DNA of 62,584 nucleotides, the filler included, from Choristocarpus tenellus KU-1152 (lineage: Eukaryota > Protista > Phaeophyceae), in NCBI GenBank assembly GCA_964200185.2. It is 8 parts of 8 records of this genome, joined end to end, with 100 filler letters (N's around TTAATTAATTAA, not from the genome) between each part and the next. Parts side by side here need not be neighbours in the genome. Positions count along the whole stretch, not along the records: positions 14,014 to 21,351 come from CAXNAD020006310.1; positions 21,452 to 33,071 come from CAXNAD020002219.1; 6 more parts are not named here. One strand, 5' to 3'. The notes beneath the pieces are model-generated. The model was given only the letters and a program-made list of their open reading frames with translations. It ran no database searches and had not been told where the DNA came from. The position numbers and the translations under genes are program-made. This document shows positions 14,170 through 25,542 of the stretch, one piece after another (the stretch's first letter is position 1; each line of letters opens with the position of its first letter).

Positions 14170-14810
14170 GGAATCCCACTAGTGTTGGAAGCATAATATG
14201 CAAGCAGCCTCTCAACTACCCTACTCATCGACCAGCAATGGGTTAGCTGCTGCTGCAGCTGAGGTGCAAAACCCCATCCACTTCAAGGTTTCTTTTGACC
14301 TCGTAGTTTTAACCTCAAAACCTTCGCGGTGAAGAGTTTTGGGCCCCTCGACAAGCATCCAGAAAGGTTTCTGGAGGAGTTGGCTACACACAGCAGTAGG
14401 GGGGAGAGGGGCGGGAGGGTACAGCAGGAAAGGGACTGTCAAATCCCACTTAAGACAGATAGGGGCTATCACTACACAAGTCAAGACAAGCCATATGTTT
14501 TAAGTTGGACACATCAGGGAGATGGGCAAGGAGGGGCCTTTCAGATTCTTGGGATGCTTCCCTAGCTCCTCGCTCAGTGTTCAGGGCTAATCTAGGTTGG
14601 AGACATGGCTTCAGTATACACGTAACATTGCAATTACGAGCGTTCAAGGGATTGTTATAGTATAGCAGGTACCCAAGTGGTATATACTTTTGGTAGAGAT
14701 ATCTTTCACATCAACAACTGTTGCTTTTACAGGGGTACTTGAGATATTGATTTAGCTTTTTCCCTGACACATCTGCAAAATGTCAAAGGCATAATATTAT
14801 TATGGGCTAA
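14170..14810 (+). mobile_element. 3' fragment of an RLE-type (CRE/R2-like) non-LTR retrotransposon
   Basis: NGLAAAAAE...SFNLKTFAVKSFGPLDKHPERFLEELATH. Its 3' region (CAGGGAGATGGGCA, CTAGGTTGGAGAC, TTTTTCCCTGACACATCTGCAAAATGTCA) recurs at 21840-22140 and, inverted, at 21285-21335. Confidence 0.55.
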
Positions 14811-17800
14811 CTTATTGCTACCGTTCTATGGGTGTCCTCGTTTTCTCAGTGGCTTAGGTTGTGGCAATCTGCATGAATTTAGAACCCCTTCCACGTCATA
14901 TTTTTTCTAACTAAAATATGGTTTCATTGATACTATTCCACATGCCAAGCACGACGGATTGTACACCCTACCCCATCCTTTCTGTCCCATTCCCTCTTCT
15001 TGTTGTTGTTCCTCTGGGCCGGATGTTTGTTGCAGCTCTCTTGATGACAACAAAGTTCTTGGAGATGGTGGTTGGGTGAAATATGAACTCCTTAACTGGT
15101 ACACTTAGTGCTGCATGCTGTGAAAAAAATAACAGTTTTTAAAATTGGGAGAGGAAGAACACACCCTTGTCCGATCAGAAACCAATCCGTACATGAACAC
15201 TCTCCATTATGTATGCCCACATTTCATCATGGAATGGTGCATGACTGAGATCATCTTCGAGAAAAATCAAAACTTGCTCAGAAAAAACCACAGTTCACAG
15301 AAGTAGATAGCAATTGAGTCGAGAGCTAGTTACCCAGGTTTTGGTCGTTTTGCATATAACGTCTGCTATCAAAAAGAATTCGATTCACCCATTTTTTTGT
15401 GGATGAAGTTCTAGGTTCAACTAAAAAGCATTTATTTCTCTGCTGTTTGAAAAAATTCACAGTTCATAAAATATCCCCAAACACATTTGTGAAAAAAGTC
15501 GAATTTTGCACATACTTGCCAGCATCCTTAAAATACACATAATGTCACTCTGGGTACCTCTCGTTTAATTTGGAGCTCCTATGGAACTCACAAAATAGGA
15601 GTAGTGATATGAGCAGCATAGGTAAAGGCATACTGTTGATGATTACCAGGTTCAGGTTTGATCTACTTGATAAAAAATACCAAGTATATGCATCAGCATG
15701 ATTGCAGTTTGGTTCAGATTTAATATTTGAGGATGCTGAACTGCCAGCCTTGGAGCATTTGACTCTACTAGTCCTTTTTTAGGGTAGTATGTGCTATATT
15801 CCATGGAGTTGAAAGTGTCGTTAGGTGTTGATCAAACAGAGTGAGCTGATAGATGTCTCTCCAATGTGGCAGAGTTGCATACTTTCTGTAGGTCATTTTT
15901 CTGCCACTGCTGTGGCGTAAACCTGCAATCCACTAGCCAAATTCCATTCAGGGATCCCATTGTCTCACATCCAGTAACACACCCAAACTTCAAGCTGGAT
16001 TCCATCTCCACCAAAACATGATACCACTTTTTTTTTGAACTCCCCAATCTCCCAAGAAATTATACCTTTGCTGGGTGGACTAGCCATAGAAATATTCTGA
16101 CTCTTACCTATTTTTCTTATAATGACAAAATCATATCATTTATAACTTCACCAAACTCAGTCATCGCATTGAAGCTCTTTACTAGGATTGAATAAGCACC
16201 AATGTAATAAAGTCAAAACCATATGTCACCACTTAATGTGCACTGTTCCTCCCTCGCCAGTCGCGGAGGTGATGTGTACCTGTGAGGTGAGGTGAGAAGG
16301 CAGAACCTTTTTCAACTTTCATGTTTACAGCAGCATGAGGTGATGCCTTTGCACCCTAGGGCATTGAACATTTCACAATACAGTCCAAGAGGCTTCTATA
16401 AACTTCCCTTCACTTCAAATACAGGTTTTTTGAGCTAACCTTCCTGCACTAGAGTTGTAAGGAATTGACTGTTTACATTTCCCAATGAACTAGCCGACAT
16501 TTTCCTCATCCACCTCCCTTACCTGGCATTTTGGTGTATTGAAACATTGTGAATAGGAATTTTTGTATACTGGTTAATTGCAACTACATTGTGATGACAA
16601 CAACACTTCTGCAACCCTTGTTGCAAGCTACTTTCCATTATGGTGAGGATGTTTGGCTTTATGGACGAGATATTGTGTGAAAATCCAGTAGTTGGAGCAC
16701 TGCACGACATCATCGCTTAGCCACAGAGCAAGTTTTCTCCACTGCACGTCTTCACCCAGCATATATTTTTTCCTACAGCACCTTTCAGTTTTTGCAATTT
16801 TTTTATTTTAGTATTTTTTATTGTTTGTTCATCCTTCAACCAAAAGATTAGTCAACTACACTTCTTAGACCTAGCAACTGTGCCCTATAGTATTTCTACC
16901 TACAAACAATTTTCATTGATCCCTTTTTATCCTTTTCCAGCTAGGTTAGGACTGTAAATCAAGTACATGATGTTGTACAACCACAGGAAGAGATCCTGTT
17001 GATGGTTGATATAGGAACAACCAGACAATTCTCACTTCCCACTAATTAGGAACTAAGATTACCAGAAATTTAGATGTAAGATTCCTCTTGTTACTGAATT
17101 CTCTCACCATATTGTAGAAGAAAAACATTTTATTAGTGTCAAGAATTTATCAACATTGAAAATGCGTTGTGAACAAATAAAAACAATCTTATTATTTTGA
17201 GTTGCTAGGCAGCAGTCAAGACATCAAAATAATGGAATCAATAATTCTTGATCAGGGCCTGCCAGACCATACAAATGTCACCAGCCTAATTCGTTCAGTT
17301 ACATCATAGCAATCAAAAACAAAAATCTACACCTAAAAAGCTTTCAAAAGGTCCACAGTTGAGACATCCAAGTCTTCAAAGACTTTGCTGCACTAGTTGC
17401 AATGATTACAAGAAATTGTGTACGAATATTCCACTATGGACTAGAAAAACTCCTCTTTAGCATGTTGACATCAACAACAGTCACTTCAGAGCACTCACTA
17501 CATACACTTCCACCCTAGAGTTAATCTCCTACACCCAAAGGCTCTTCTCTCAACATATACATAGAGCACAGTAAACAAGAAAACAGGGAGTGCTCCTCTG
17601 TTTAAAAAAAAAAAGACTAACAGAAAACTCTCTTACACACTCTCAAAAACTCAATGATTTTGATTAAATCATGAACTGAGTGAGAAGCAGCATGGTGTAC
17701 CAGAGAGTACAAACATCTAACGCAGGCTATGACCAAAGCCTTCATTTACTTCCTGAATAACACAGGACAGCATTTAACACATCAGTATCGTTTCCCATTT

Positions 17801-17830
17801 TCAGTCCCAGTATCTTCACACCATTGTTCT

Positions 17831-20524
17831 CTAAATTTGCTTGAGAAGAATCCCTTCTGCTCCGACACCAGGAGAGAAGGAGAACGCCATGCCTGTTTCA
17901 TAACCACGCTTCCCTTCTGAAAGGGCCTTGTTGTGCCGTTCAAACACCCTGTATAAAAGAAATCAACAAAATCACAATTAGTTGTGTGTGTGCATCTGGG
18001 TGTGAGTGTCCGCAATAAAAGCGAGCTGACTCCAAGAATTTAAAGATTTTAACTGTCCACAAACATTTCTAATTTATTACATTCCAGTTTCATCCCAACC
18101 ACCTGGCCATAGTGATCTCCAAGCAAGAAATCTCATTATAACACATCACCACAACTACAGGAATATCCTCTCACCTTGTCAGAACAAACATGACCGAGGG
18201 TGAGAGCATGTTTCCGTATTCACCAAGTACTGCCCATGAATCCGCACACTGATCCTCAGTAAGCCCCAACCCATTCTGCGACTCCTCAATAATGCGGCGC
18301 CCTCCAGGGTGTACACACCAGAAGTCCACTGGAAAAGATTTATGTTAGGAGAGAATGTCAACCATTTGAATTTTGTCCCATTGGGGCTCACAGCACTTGA
18401 GAACTATTTTACGTAAAAAAGGATATGTATATCATTGAACATTGAACACTGCAGATATAAAATCTCACCATCATCACGCTTGAGGTTGTTCTTTTTTAGG
18501 AGGCCATCAGCGAAGAAAGCAATGTTCTTGGCAATGTACTGTGGGAGGAACTTGGACAGTGTGCAGGTGATGCCATTGGCCTTGATTGCCAAAGTGATTC
18601 CATCTTCAGTTCCCTCCATGAGCCAGGCATGGTTGTCAACGATTGCCAAGGTGCCCTAGAATTCAATTTAAAAGTTACCAATCAAGTAGTTGGAACGGTA
18701 TCAAACCTATCAGTACCAGCATTGGAGGAAAACAGAGAAAATATAGTTGAGAGTGTAAGAACAACTCCCCAGTAGTCTATTTTCACCTTTGGTGCCTCAG
18801 ACTTCTTGACGCCAGCAAGCACTGCAGCTGCACAGCCATCAGCAAAAATTGCGTGTAGGATGGCATCGTTGATGTTGTCATCGAACGTGGTGTGTACAGA
18901 TGAAAGCTCAACACAGATCATGAGAGCATACTTCCCAGGATTCGCCTGAAACCCCAAAAAGTTTGCAAATACACAAGTCAGCGTAAGGAAAATAATAATT
19001 CCTCCTGCACTAGACATTTGCCTATAAGTAACTTTCAGTATCTCATCTCATTTCTCCTGGTTTCAGAAAAACATCCAAAACTCACAGTAACGAAGTCATT
19101 CGCGTTACGGAAACCGTTCATGGCAGCTGCACATCCCATGAACCCTATCAGAGTGCGATCAACAGACCGAGCTAGGCCAAGGTTCCTGATGAGTTCACAG
19201 TCCAGTCCAGGGCCAAGGAAACCAGTAGAAGACACGACCACTAGCTTTGAAATATCAGAAGGTGATAGACCCGCCTGAATACAGCAAGGGTCGGAAGAAG
19301 TTTCAGTAAAAAGCGTGGGCTCACTATGGAGAGAAACATGAAAGGCAGAAAATTATTTTTTCTTACCTCTTTGACGGCACGCTGCGCAACCTCCGTCACA
19401 AGAGGAACAGCCTTCTCCTTGAACTTGTTAAGACGTGTGTGGACATCGACCTGCAGCAACGAGATCAGATCGCATGTGGTCAGTGACTTGCCTAATGAAA
19501 CAATTTGGTAGCGAGGTATGCGAAGTCAGTTTTGGCTACACCAAATATATTAGCTTCGAGTGCCACCATCGGAATCGTTGGTTCACCTCGTAGCTTCCAT
19601 CTGTTGGGTAGAAAAGGGGTTCATCCTTGCTGGCCTTATCTGGAGTGAAGTCAGGAACCGCGAAGTAACGGCTATTGATACGGGTATTACCGTAGATGCG
19701 CTCAAGAGCGGGCTTGACTGATGAGACTTTAGGCGCCTTCATGGCGACGGAGAGAGCCTGAGGAAGTTCACATTAAAAATCGAACATTGTCCACATGATC
19801 AAAATCAAGTATAGCTGAGATCTAACTCCATCTTTCCGACAGGGATGTAGTGAGGGTGATCAATCAACACAGTGCTGTGAAAATTAGAGTAGTTCAATGC
19901 GAGGACTCAAATACCCGTTAAGCACGTAGTCCTGAACAGTTCAGAATTTACCTGAAGCCCGGCATTTTGGATCTGTGCTATGTTGGAAAAGACTCATTTA
20001 ACAGGTTGTCTGAGGGATCGTGTTGAGCTCACCTCCTGCTGTGTGCAACGGTACTCGGGGTTTCCAGTGGCCATGCCAACAATCACTGGGTATACCTTCT
20101 CCGAGCTGGACGTAGCGCGACTTGCTCTCAAGGCTGCCAGTAATGTATTAACATTGGGGAGGGAGAAAAGAGGATCATGCATTGAGTACTCAGTTCATCT
20201 ACGTGACAGGTTGAACCATCGCAAACATGAACATCTCTAAGATTGAAGGTGTTGACTTGAGTGGCATGGATCTATGCGATAAACCACCTCAGAATCAGCA
20301 CCTACCATCCAACAACGGGTATTTTGTTTTCTCATCCGTGTACATCAGAAAGACCCTTCAAGAAGAATACCACCACTTTGTATTCATATCCTCCAAGATC
20401 CCAATCCCGTGCACATCCACTCATCAACAAGAGTGGCACGCTCACCAACCAAGATCGTGACCAACACGCAGGCAAGAGCGATCTGCACTGTTGGGTCCAT
20501 CATCAGGATCATGATGTCAGACAT
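17831..20524 (-). CDS. PKS1: Type III polyketide synthase, PKS1 orthologue (phloroglucinol/phlorotannin-monomer synthase family); complete, 9 exons, 413 aa
   Basis: GT-AG exons 20524-20446, 20133-20033, 19757-19587, 19450-19367, 19274-19086, 18945-18787, 18655-18469, 18328-18175 and 17948-17831 join in phase (1242 nt incl. TAG). The catalytic triad is present: Cys in GFMGCAAA, His in WCVHPGG, Asn in YGNMLS; C-terminal FSFSPGVGAEG. N-terminal hydrophobic DPTVQIALACVLVTILV as recalled for Ectocarpus PKS1. Confidence 0.96.
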
Positions 20525-21451
20525 GGTTCAAAGCTTCCACTCCGTCTGGTTCGACTAGACGGGGCAAGGTGCTTTGCCTTCAAGACGTGATCTAGGAGTT
20601 GCCTTAAACAGATCAGAAGGGGAAGTCTGATAGGTGGGTTGTGGGTGAGGTTGAAACTTTCGTTTGGGCGAGGGAGAAAACGTGACAATCACCAAATCAT
20701 CTCATGAAAACAAAAAAAACATTTCACTATCACCCAAAAACGAACAACGAACCCGCAAAATCCATGTACACAATTTCGTAGTAAAAGATGTCAGTGATTT
20801 GTGATTTGCTTCTTGTATCGTTTTGAGAGTCGGCCATTGGTCATCGGATTCAATGAATCACTCAATAGCTGAATTGTCATAGTTATTGAAATAATATATT
20901 GTGGTAGATTAGAAAATCAAAGTCCGACCGAAACGCCTCCAATCACCATCGAGCATTCAGTTTGTCAGTATACTCCATCATAAAAAAATGATTGGAAATA
21001 TCGAAGTACGATGATATTCGTTACGTTTCACTCTATGTCGTCGACTTGGTTATTTATTTCATTATTCTAATAAAGTGCAGTGACGCCCGTATCCATTCAT
21101 AAAACAGAACCAACGTGAGCAAAGAAGAAAAACAGAACCAACATTAGCGGAGGAGAAGAACCAGTGAGAAACACATCACATCCAATCATAAGATTTTGGG
21201 GGTATTTTTGTCAAGAGATACAGTATACGAAGTACGTTGCAATGCGTACTACTATATTACTTATAGATAGTGCAATACAATTTTATTATTATGCCCTCTG
21301 ACATTTTGCAGATGTGTCAGGGGAAAACCAATGAAAACTATATACATATGTNNNNNNNNNNNNNNNNNNNNNNNNNNNNNNNNNNNNNNNNNNNNTTAAT
21401 TAATTAANNNNNNNNNNNNNNNNNNNNNNNNNNNNNNNNNNNNNNNNNNNN

Positions 21452-21612
21452 GGGGGGTGACTGGAAATCAGGGGCGAAGGGGGTTCGCCCTGGTTGGACA
21501 TCAGATGTGAGGGTGACTGGAAATCAGGGGCGAAGGGGGTCCACCCTGATTGGTCATCAGATGTGGGGGTGACTGGAAATCAGTGGCGAAGAGGTCGCAC
21601 TGGTTGGTCACA
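21452..21612. repeat. 56-bp tandem repeat, about 2.8 copies, truncated by the spacer; each unit contains an inverted repeat
   Basis: GTGACTGGAAATCAG recurs at 21457, 21513 and 21569 (period 56). Internal palindromic arms GGGCGAA/TTCGCCC and AATCAGGG/CCCTGATT. Confidence 0.9.
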
Positions 21613-21839
21613 AGGGTTGTTAGAATATATAGGGAGAAAAGGGAATAGGGAGGAATACAAATGTAGAAAATAATAATAATAATAATAATCCAGAATTCGT
21701 GAGCAAAACAAAACTACTGGTTTTTCAGTTGTATAGTAACGCATCACTTCTATTAATCATGCGAAAACGTCAACCACCACACGACGTGGTCACAACCAGA
21801 TTCCCATACTAAAATAATACAAATAAAACCACAAATAGT

Positions 21840-22140
21840 CTGTTACATACAACGCAGGTGGCCTGTCTAGACGTGTCATGCGTTTTAACCTGGAGACACC
21901 AGGGAGATGGGCATGTTAGATTCTTGGGATGATGGGGTGCAGGACTCAGCTAGGTTGGAGACGCAGGAAGGCAGTGGTACAGCATAATAATAGGTGGTGT
22001 TAGTAAAATAGTAAATAGATACTTGTTTTTCACATTTATGAAAACTGTTTTTTAGATATTTTTCTGACATGGGACTAGTTTTCATTGGTTTTTCCCCTGA
22101 GACATCTATCTCCAGAATGTGAGAGGACATAGAAATAAAA
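21840..22140 (+). mobile_element. Second 3' fragment of the same RLE-type non-LTR family
   Basis: TTQVA/LSRRVMRFNL remnant plus nucleotide similarity to 14470-14810. Confidence 0.5.
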
Positions 22141-22195
22141 TATAATATATGGGATAGGGTTGGTGCTACACATCATATTTTGGATTGGGTTAATA

Positions 22196-23882
22196 CTACC
22201 TCTGTGCCATAAGTTTGTGCCGCGAAACATCTAGGTTCGTGGAGCGAGAATAGCGCCGAAACGGACGATAACCCCACAGAATGAAATCGGGTTGACAATC
22301 TCAGCTTTCAGAAAAGGTGGGGGTCGAGGATCATCAGGTACAAGCTCGAGGTGCTTCAAGCCATCAAAGTAGGGGTCTTTTGGGGTGATTTTGAGACCAG
22401 AACTGGGCACGTCGAGGGTCAGAACGTCATCATGGCAACCCCTCATCGACCCCCCCATGTAGGAAGGGTGCCCAAGTGTCCTTGAATACCACGGTTGCAC
22501 TTGCAGTTCGCCCCCCCCCTCGCAGTGGCCCCTGCTGAGCATAAAGTGCCGCGACATGTTGGGTCGACCCTCGCAGCGGAGTTTGGAGTGTCTGAGCGTT
22601 ACATGTGAGGGCTCTGGGAGGATGTCGCCAATCAGCTCGCCCATGGCCCAACACTTGACCTAGGGGTGGCGGCACGTAGTGGGCTGCCTTCGGAGCTTGC
22701 ACCAACCAAGATGGCCGCAATGCATAGCATCAACTCCGATAATCAGTCATCCACAGTGGGTTAGGTGACAATGAAGATGGTCATCAAGAGACTGAATTAT
22801 AGCATGGGCACCATAAACAGGTGGTTGGATGATATGGGGGCCATGCCAAATCGCTGCTGGATCAAACCCAAGCTTAAACCGTGTCAAAAGGTATGGAGAA
22901 TGGACTTTATTTCCGATCAAGTTGATGGGAAACGCGGTGTGTACGCCTCCATGGCGAACATGACCCATGTGGCTGAAATCTGGTTTTACGTGATGACTGA
23001 TGGGGAAAGGGTTAGGTTATTTCCGCATGAGGATGATAGTGACCTTCCAGGGTCCCCTACTGCACAAGAGTCACAAGAGTCATATCCCCACAACCATCAT
23101 CAGTGCAGCCGACCCCTGCCCAGATTCGACTCACAGCTTTGATCGAAAGCTTGATGTTCGGCGTGTGTGCGCACCAAAAACAGCAGACAGGACAAGAAAA
23201 AACTATAAAAAGAAGGATGTGTATGAGTAGGACCGTACTTTAGACCATTTGTGATACAGGAAGTGCTACACGGAGGAGTTTCTGCCTGCAATCAACACCA
23301 AGATGCCTTGGTTGCAGGGGAAGCACGTTCTCGTTCAGCAAGACGATGCCACACCCCACACAGGGAAAGTGCAACTCAGAAATCTTGTCAGGGGAAGGGA
23401 AGACTGAGGGGTTGTGACCCAGTCATCTAGCTCCCCTGACCTCAATATCATGGACCTGTGCTTCTTTAGGTCTTTGAAATACCAGGTGATGGGGGAGAGG
23501 TTCGGGTCTGTCGAGGAGATGGTGAAGATCGTTAAGAAACAGTATGAGGAGTATATGAAACCACACTTGAGAGGACTTGGCAGCTCCTTTTTGTGGCATA
23601 CATTCAACTACTTCGATACAAAGGGGGGAATGACTTCAGTGTGGAGTACACAGGGGTAAGGAAGAGGCAGTTGTCTGGTGAGCTTAGAAACATGTCGAAG
23701 GTAGACATGGATTTTTCTGTGGCTGAAAAAATTGTGATGGATGGGGAATAATAACAATAATAATAAGAGCTGGCCCTCACCAGAAATTCGTCAAGGATTC
23801 CAAATCTTCTTTCACAAATGAATTTCATCAACATCTTCAAAAGTTATGGACAACGCAGCACAGACTTATAGCACGGAGATTG
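22196..23882 (+). mobile_element. Full-length decayed Tc1/mariner element of the plant-mariner (DD39D-like) type, with TIRs and TA target duplication
   Basis: TA at 22194-95 and 23883-84. Ends TACTACCTCTGTGCCATAAGTTTGTGCCGC and (reverse complement) TACAATCTCCGTGCTATAAGTCTGTGCTGC match at 24/30. Broken transposase: HTH-like LAAEFGVSERY, HVAEIWFY (cf. HVDEKWFY), KSHIP, QQDDATPH, SPDLNIMDLCFFRSL, GGNDF; contains stops and frameshifts. Confidence 0.88.
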
Positions 23883-25282
23883 TATATTACTACTGGGATA
23901 TATCTCTTCACTCTTGTTACAAATGACTGTTAATAATGTAGTAGGTATTGCTATCATATTTAAAAATAATAAGTGGATAAGATTTTGTCACCACTACCAA
24001 AACGTAAAGGTAGAGGTAACATAGTACAAATAAATAATAAATATTGTTCTGATATATAGCTATTTTGACTTCCAAATTTGTCATAATGCTCAACGTTTAA
24101 ACTATAATCAATCCCTGCAACTTTCCCCCGAAAGAAATGAACCATTACAAGTGTAGAGATCCTACATCTAATATCTTTCGTTTCGTCTACATTACGCTTT
24201 GTTTTCTTGGGGCTGCCCCAACCCGTCCATGGCAAGATATTTTATTCTTACTACGAAATTGACGAGTTGTAGTAGTAGTAATAGACCACAAAAGCAACAA
24301 CAGTACAGTAGGTTGTATCTAAACAAAACCAAAAATTGCTGGCCCACACTCCACATGGAATTGGTTACTTCAGCTCTAAAGGAGCCACGAAATCACAGTT
24401 AGGTGTAGTATATCTCTACTTCAAGGTGGGGATTATCCTACCTGTAGAGGCACCTTACACTACACTATTTCTCATACTACTCACTATTGTCATAGAAACT
24501 AACTGTTGCATTAAGAACGAACAACCTAAGACGGGTGATTGTACACTGCTACTACTACCTCCTCCGTGCATTCCTTGCTTCTCGTAAGTTGGGTTCGGCA
24601 ATCTCAAAACTTGCCGCTTCATCTCCTTACTCAAATCATGTGCTTGACTTTCCACTTTTCACATTCTACAAAGCCCCACCACGCCATTCTTGGTCTGGCG
24701 CTTCTGACGTAAAGCAACAGATAGGATATAATTTACAAATTATTATTCATAGTTTTAGCAGTAGTGAGAGAAGTATGGATGTCCAATCCATACTGTTTGC
24801 CAAGTGGACTTTGGATCATTGGAACCAAATTTCCATGAAGAGAAGTCTGCCATCGAAGGGTTCGGACCTGTGAAGTTTATTTAGGAAAGAGTATCCATTA
24901 ATATCTGGGTCACAGAGACGCTCAGGCAACAAAAGTTTGTGCAACATATCACATCTAGCTAGTACTGGTTGAGGCGGTGGCAATGAAATATAGTAACTTA
25001 ATTGTATCATTACTGCTTTGTTTTACTTGCTATCACTACGACTTTTGTCATTCCCCTTAAAGCCTATACATTTCAAGAGCATCATAGTGATGTGTATAAT
25101 CTATGTAGTTATAAAATATAGTGGGGGAACCTATGTCAAGAATGCTGTGGCAACATGAGCTACCTTCTAATTAGACGTTTTTCTTTCACCTTGGATGGAC
25201 CATCATGTGGTGCTACTACTACAGCACTGAGTTCGAACATACTCTAACAACGCTTTCATACCCATTGTAATCAAGTATGTGT

Positions 25283-25542
25283 GAGTGAAAGTATCTTAGA
25301 GGGTACGAGTTTTGCCCTGCTTGTCCAATTGGGACTTGACTTTCCTCAGGGGGGTTTTATGACATTTTCCGACTCCGAAATGTTTAGGAGTAGGTAAAAT
25401 GTGTATGTTATGAAAAGGTGTGTCTGCAACAAGGATATTGACACTTCCTAGCAAACACGATAGCCAAAATTACATCTAAATCGCAACATCGGATTTTGGC
25501 CCACAAATGGACGCGAATCTACCCTTTATGATACTTTGGCCC
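25283..25542 (+). mobile_element. MITE family B, complete copy
   Basis: GAGTGAAAGTATCTTAGAGGGT...ACCCTTTATGATACTTTGGCCC, flanks TGT/TGT; aligns along its length with 42937-43193. Confidence 0.85.

Noticed and set aside
15025-15050. FVAAL match to the aureochrome LOV C-terminus (FIAALRD)
   Set aside because: The surrounding residues do not match LOV and there is no GRNCRFLQ motif nearby; chance.
21452-21612. CRISPR-like array (regular palindromic repeats)
   Set aside because: The whole 56-bp unit repeats with no unique spacers, there are no cas genes, and the context is eukaryotic.
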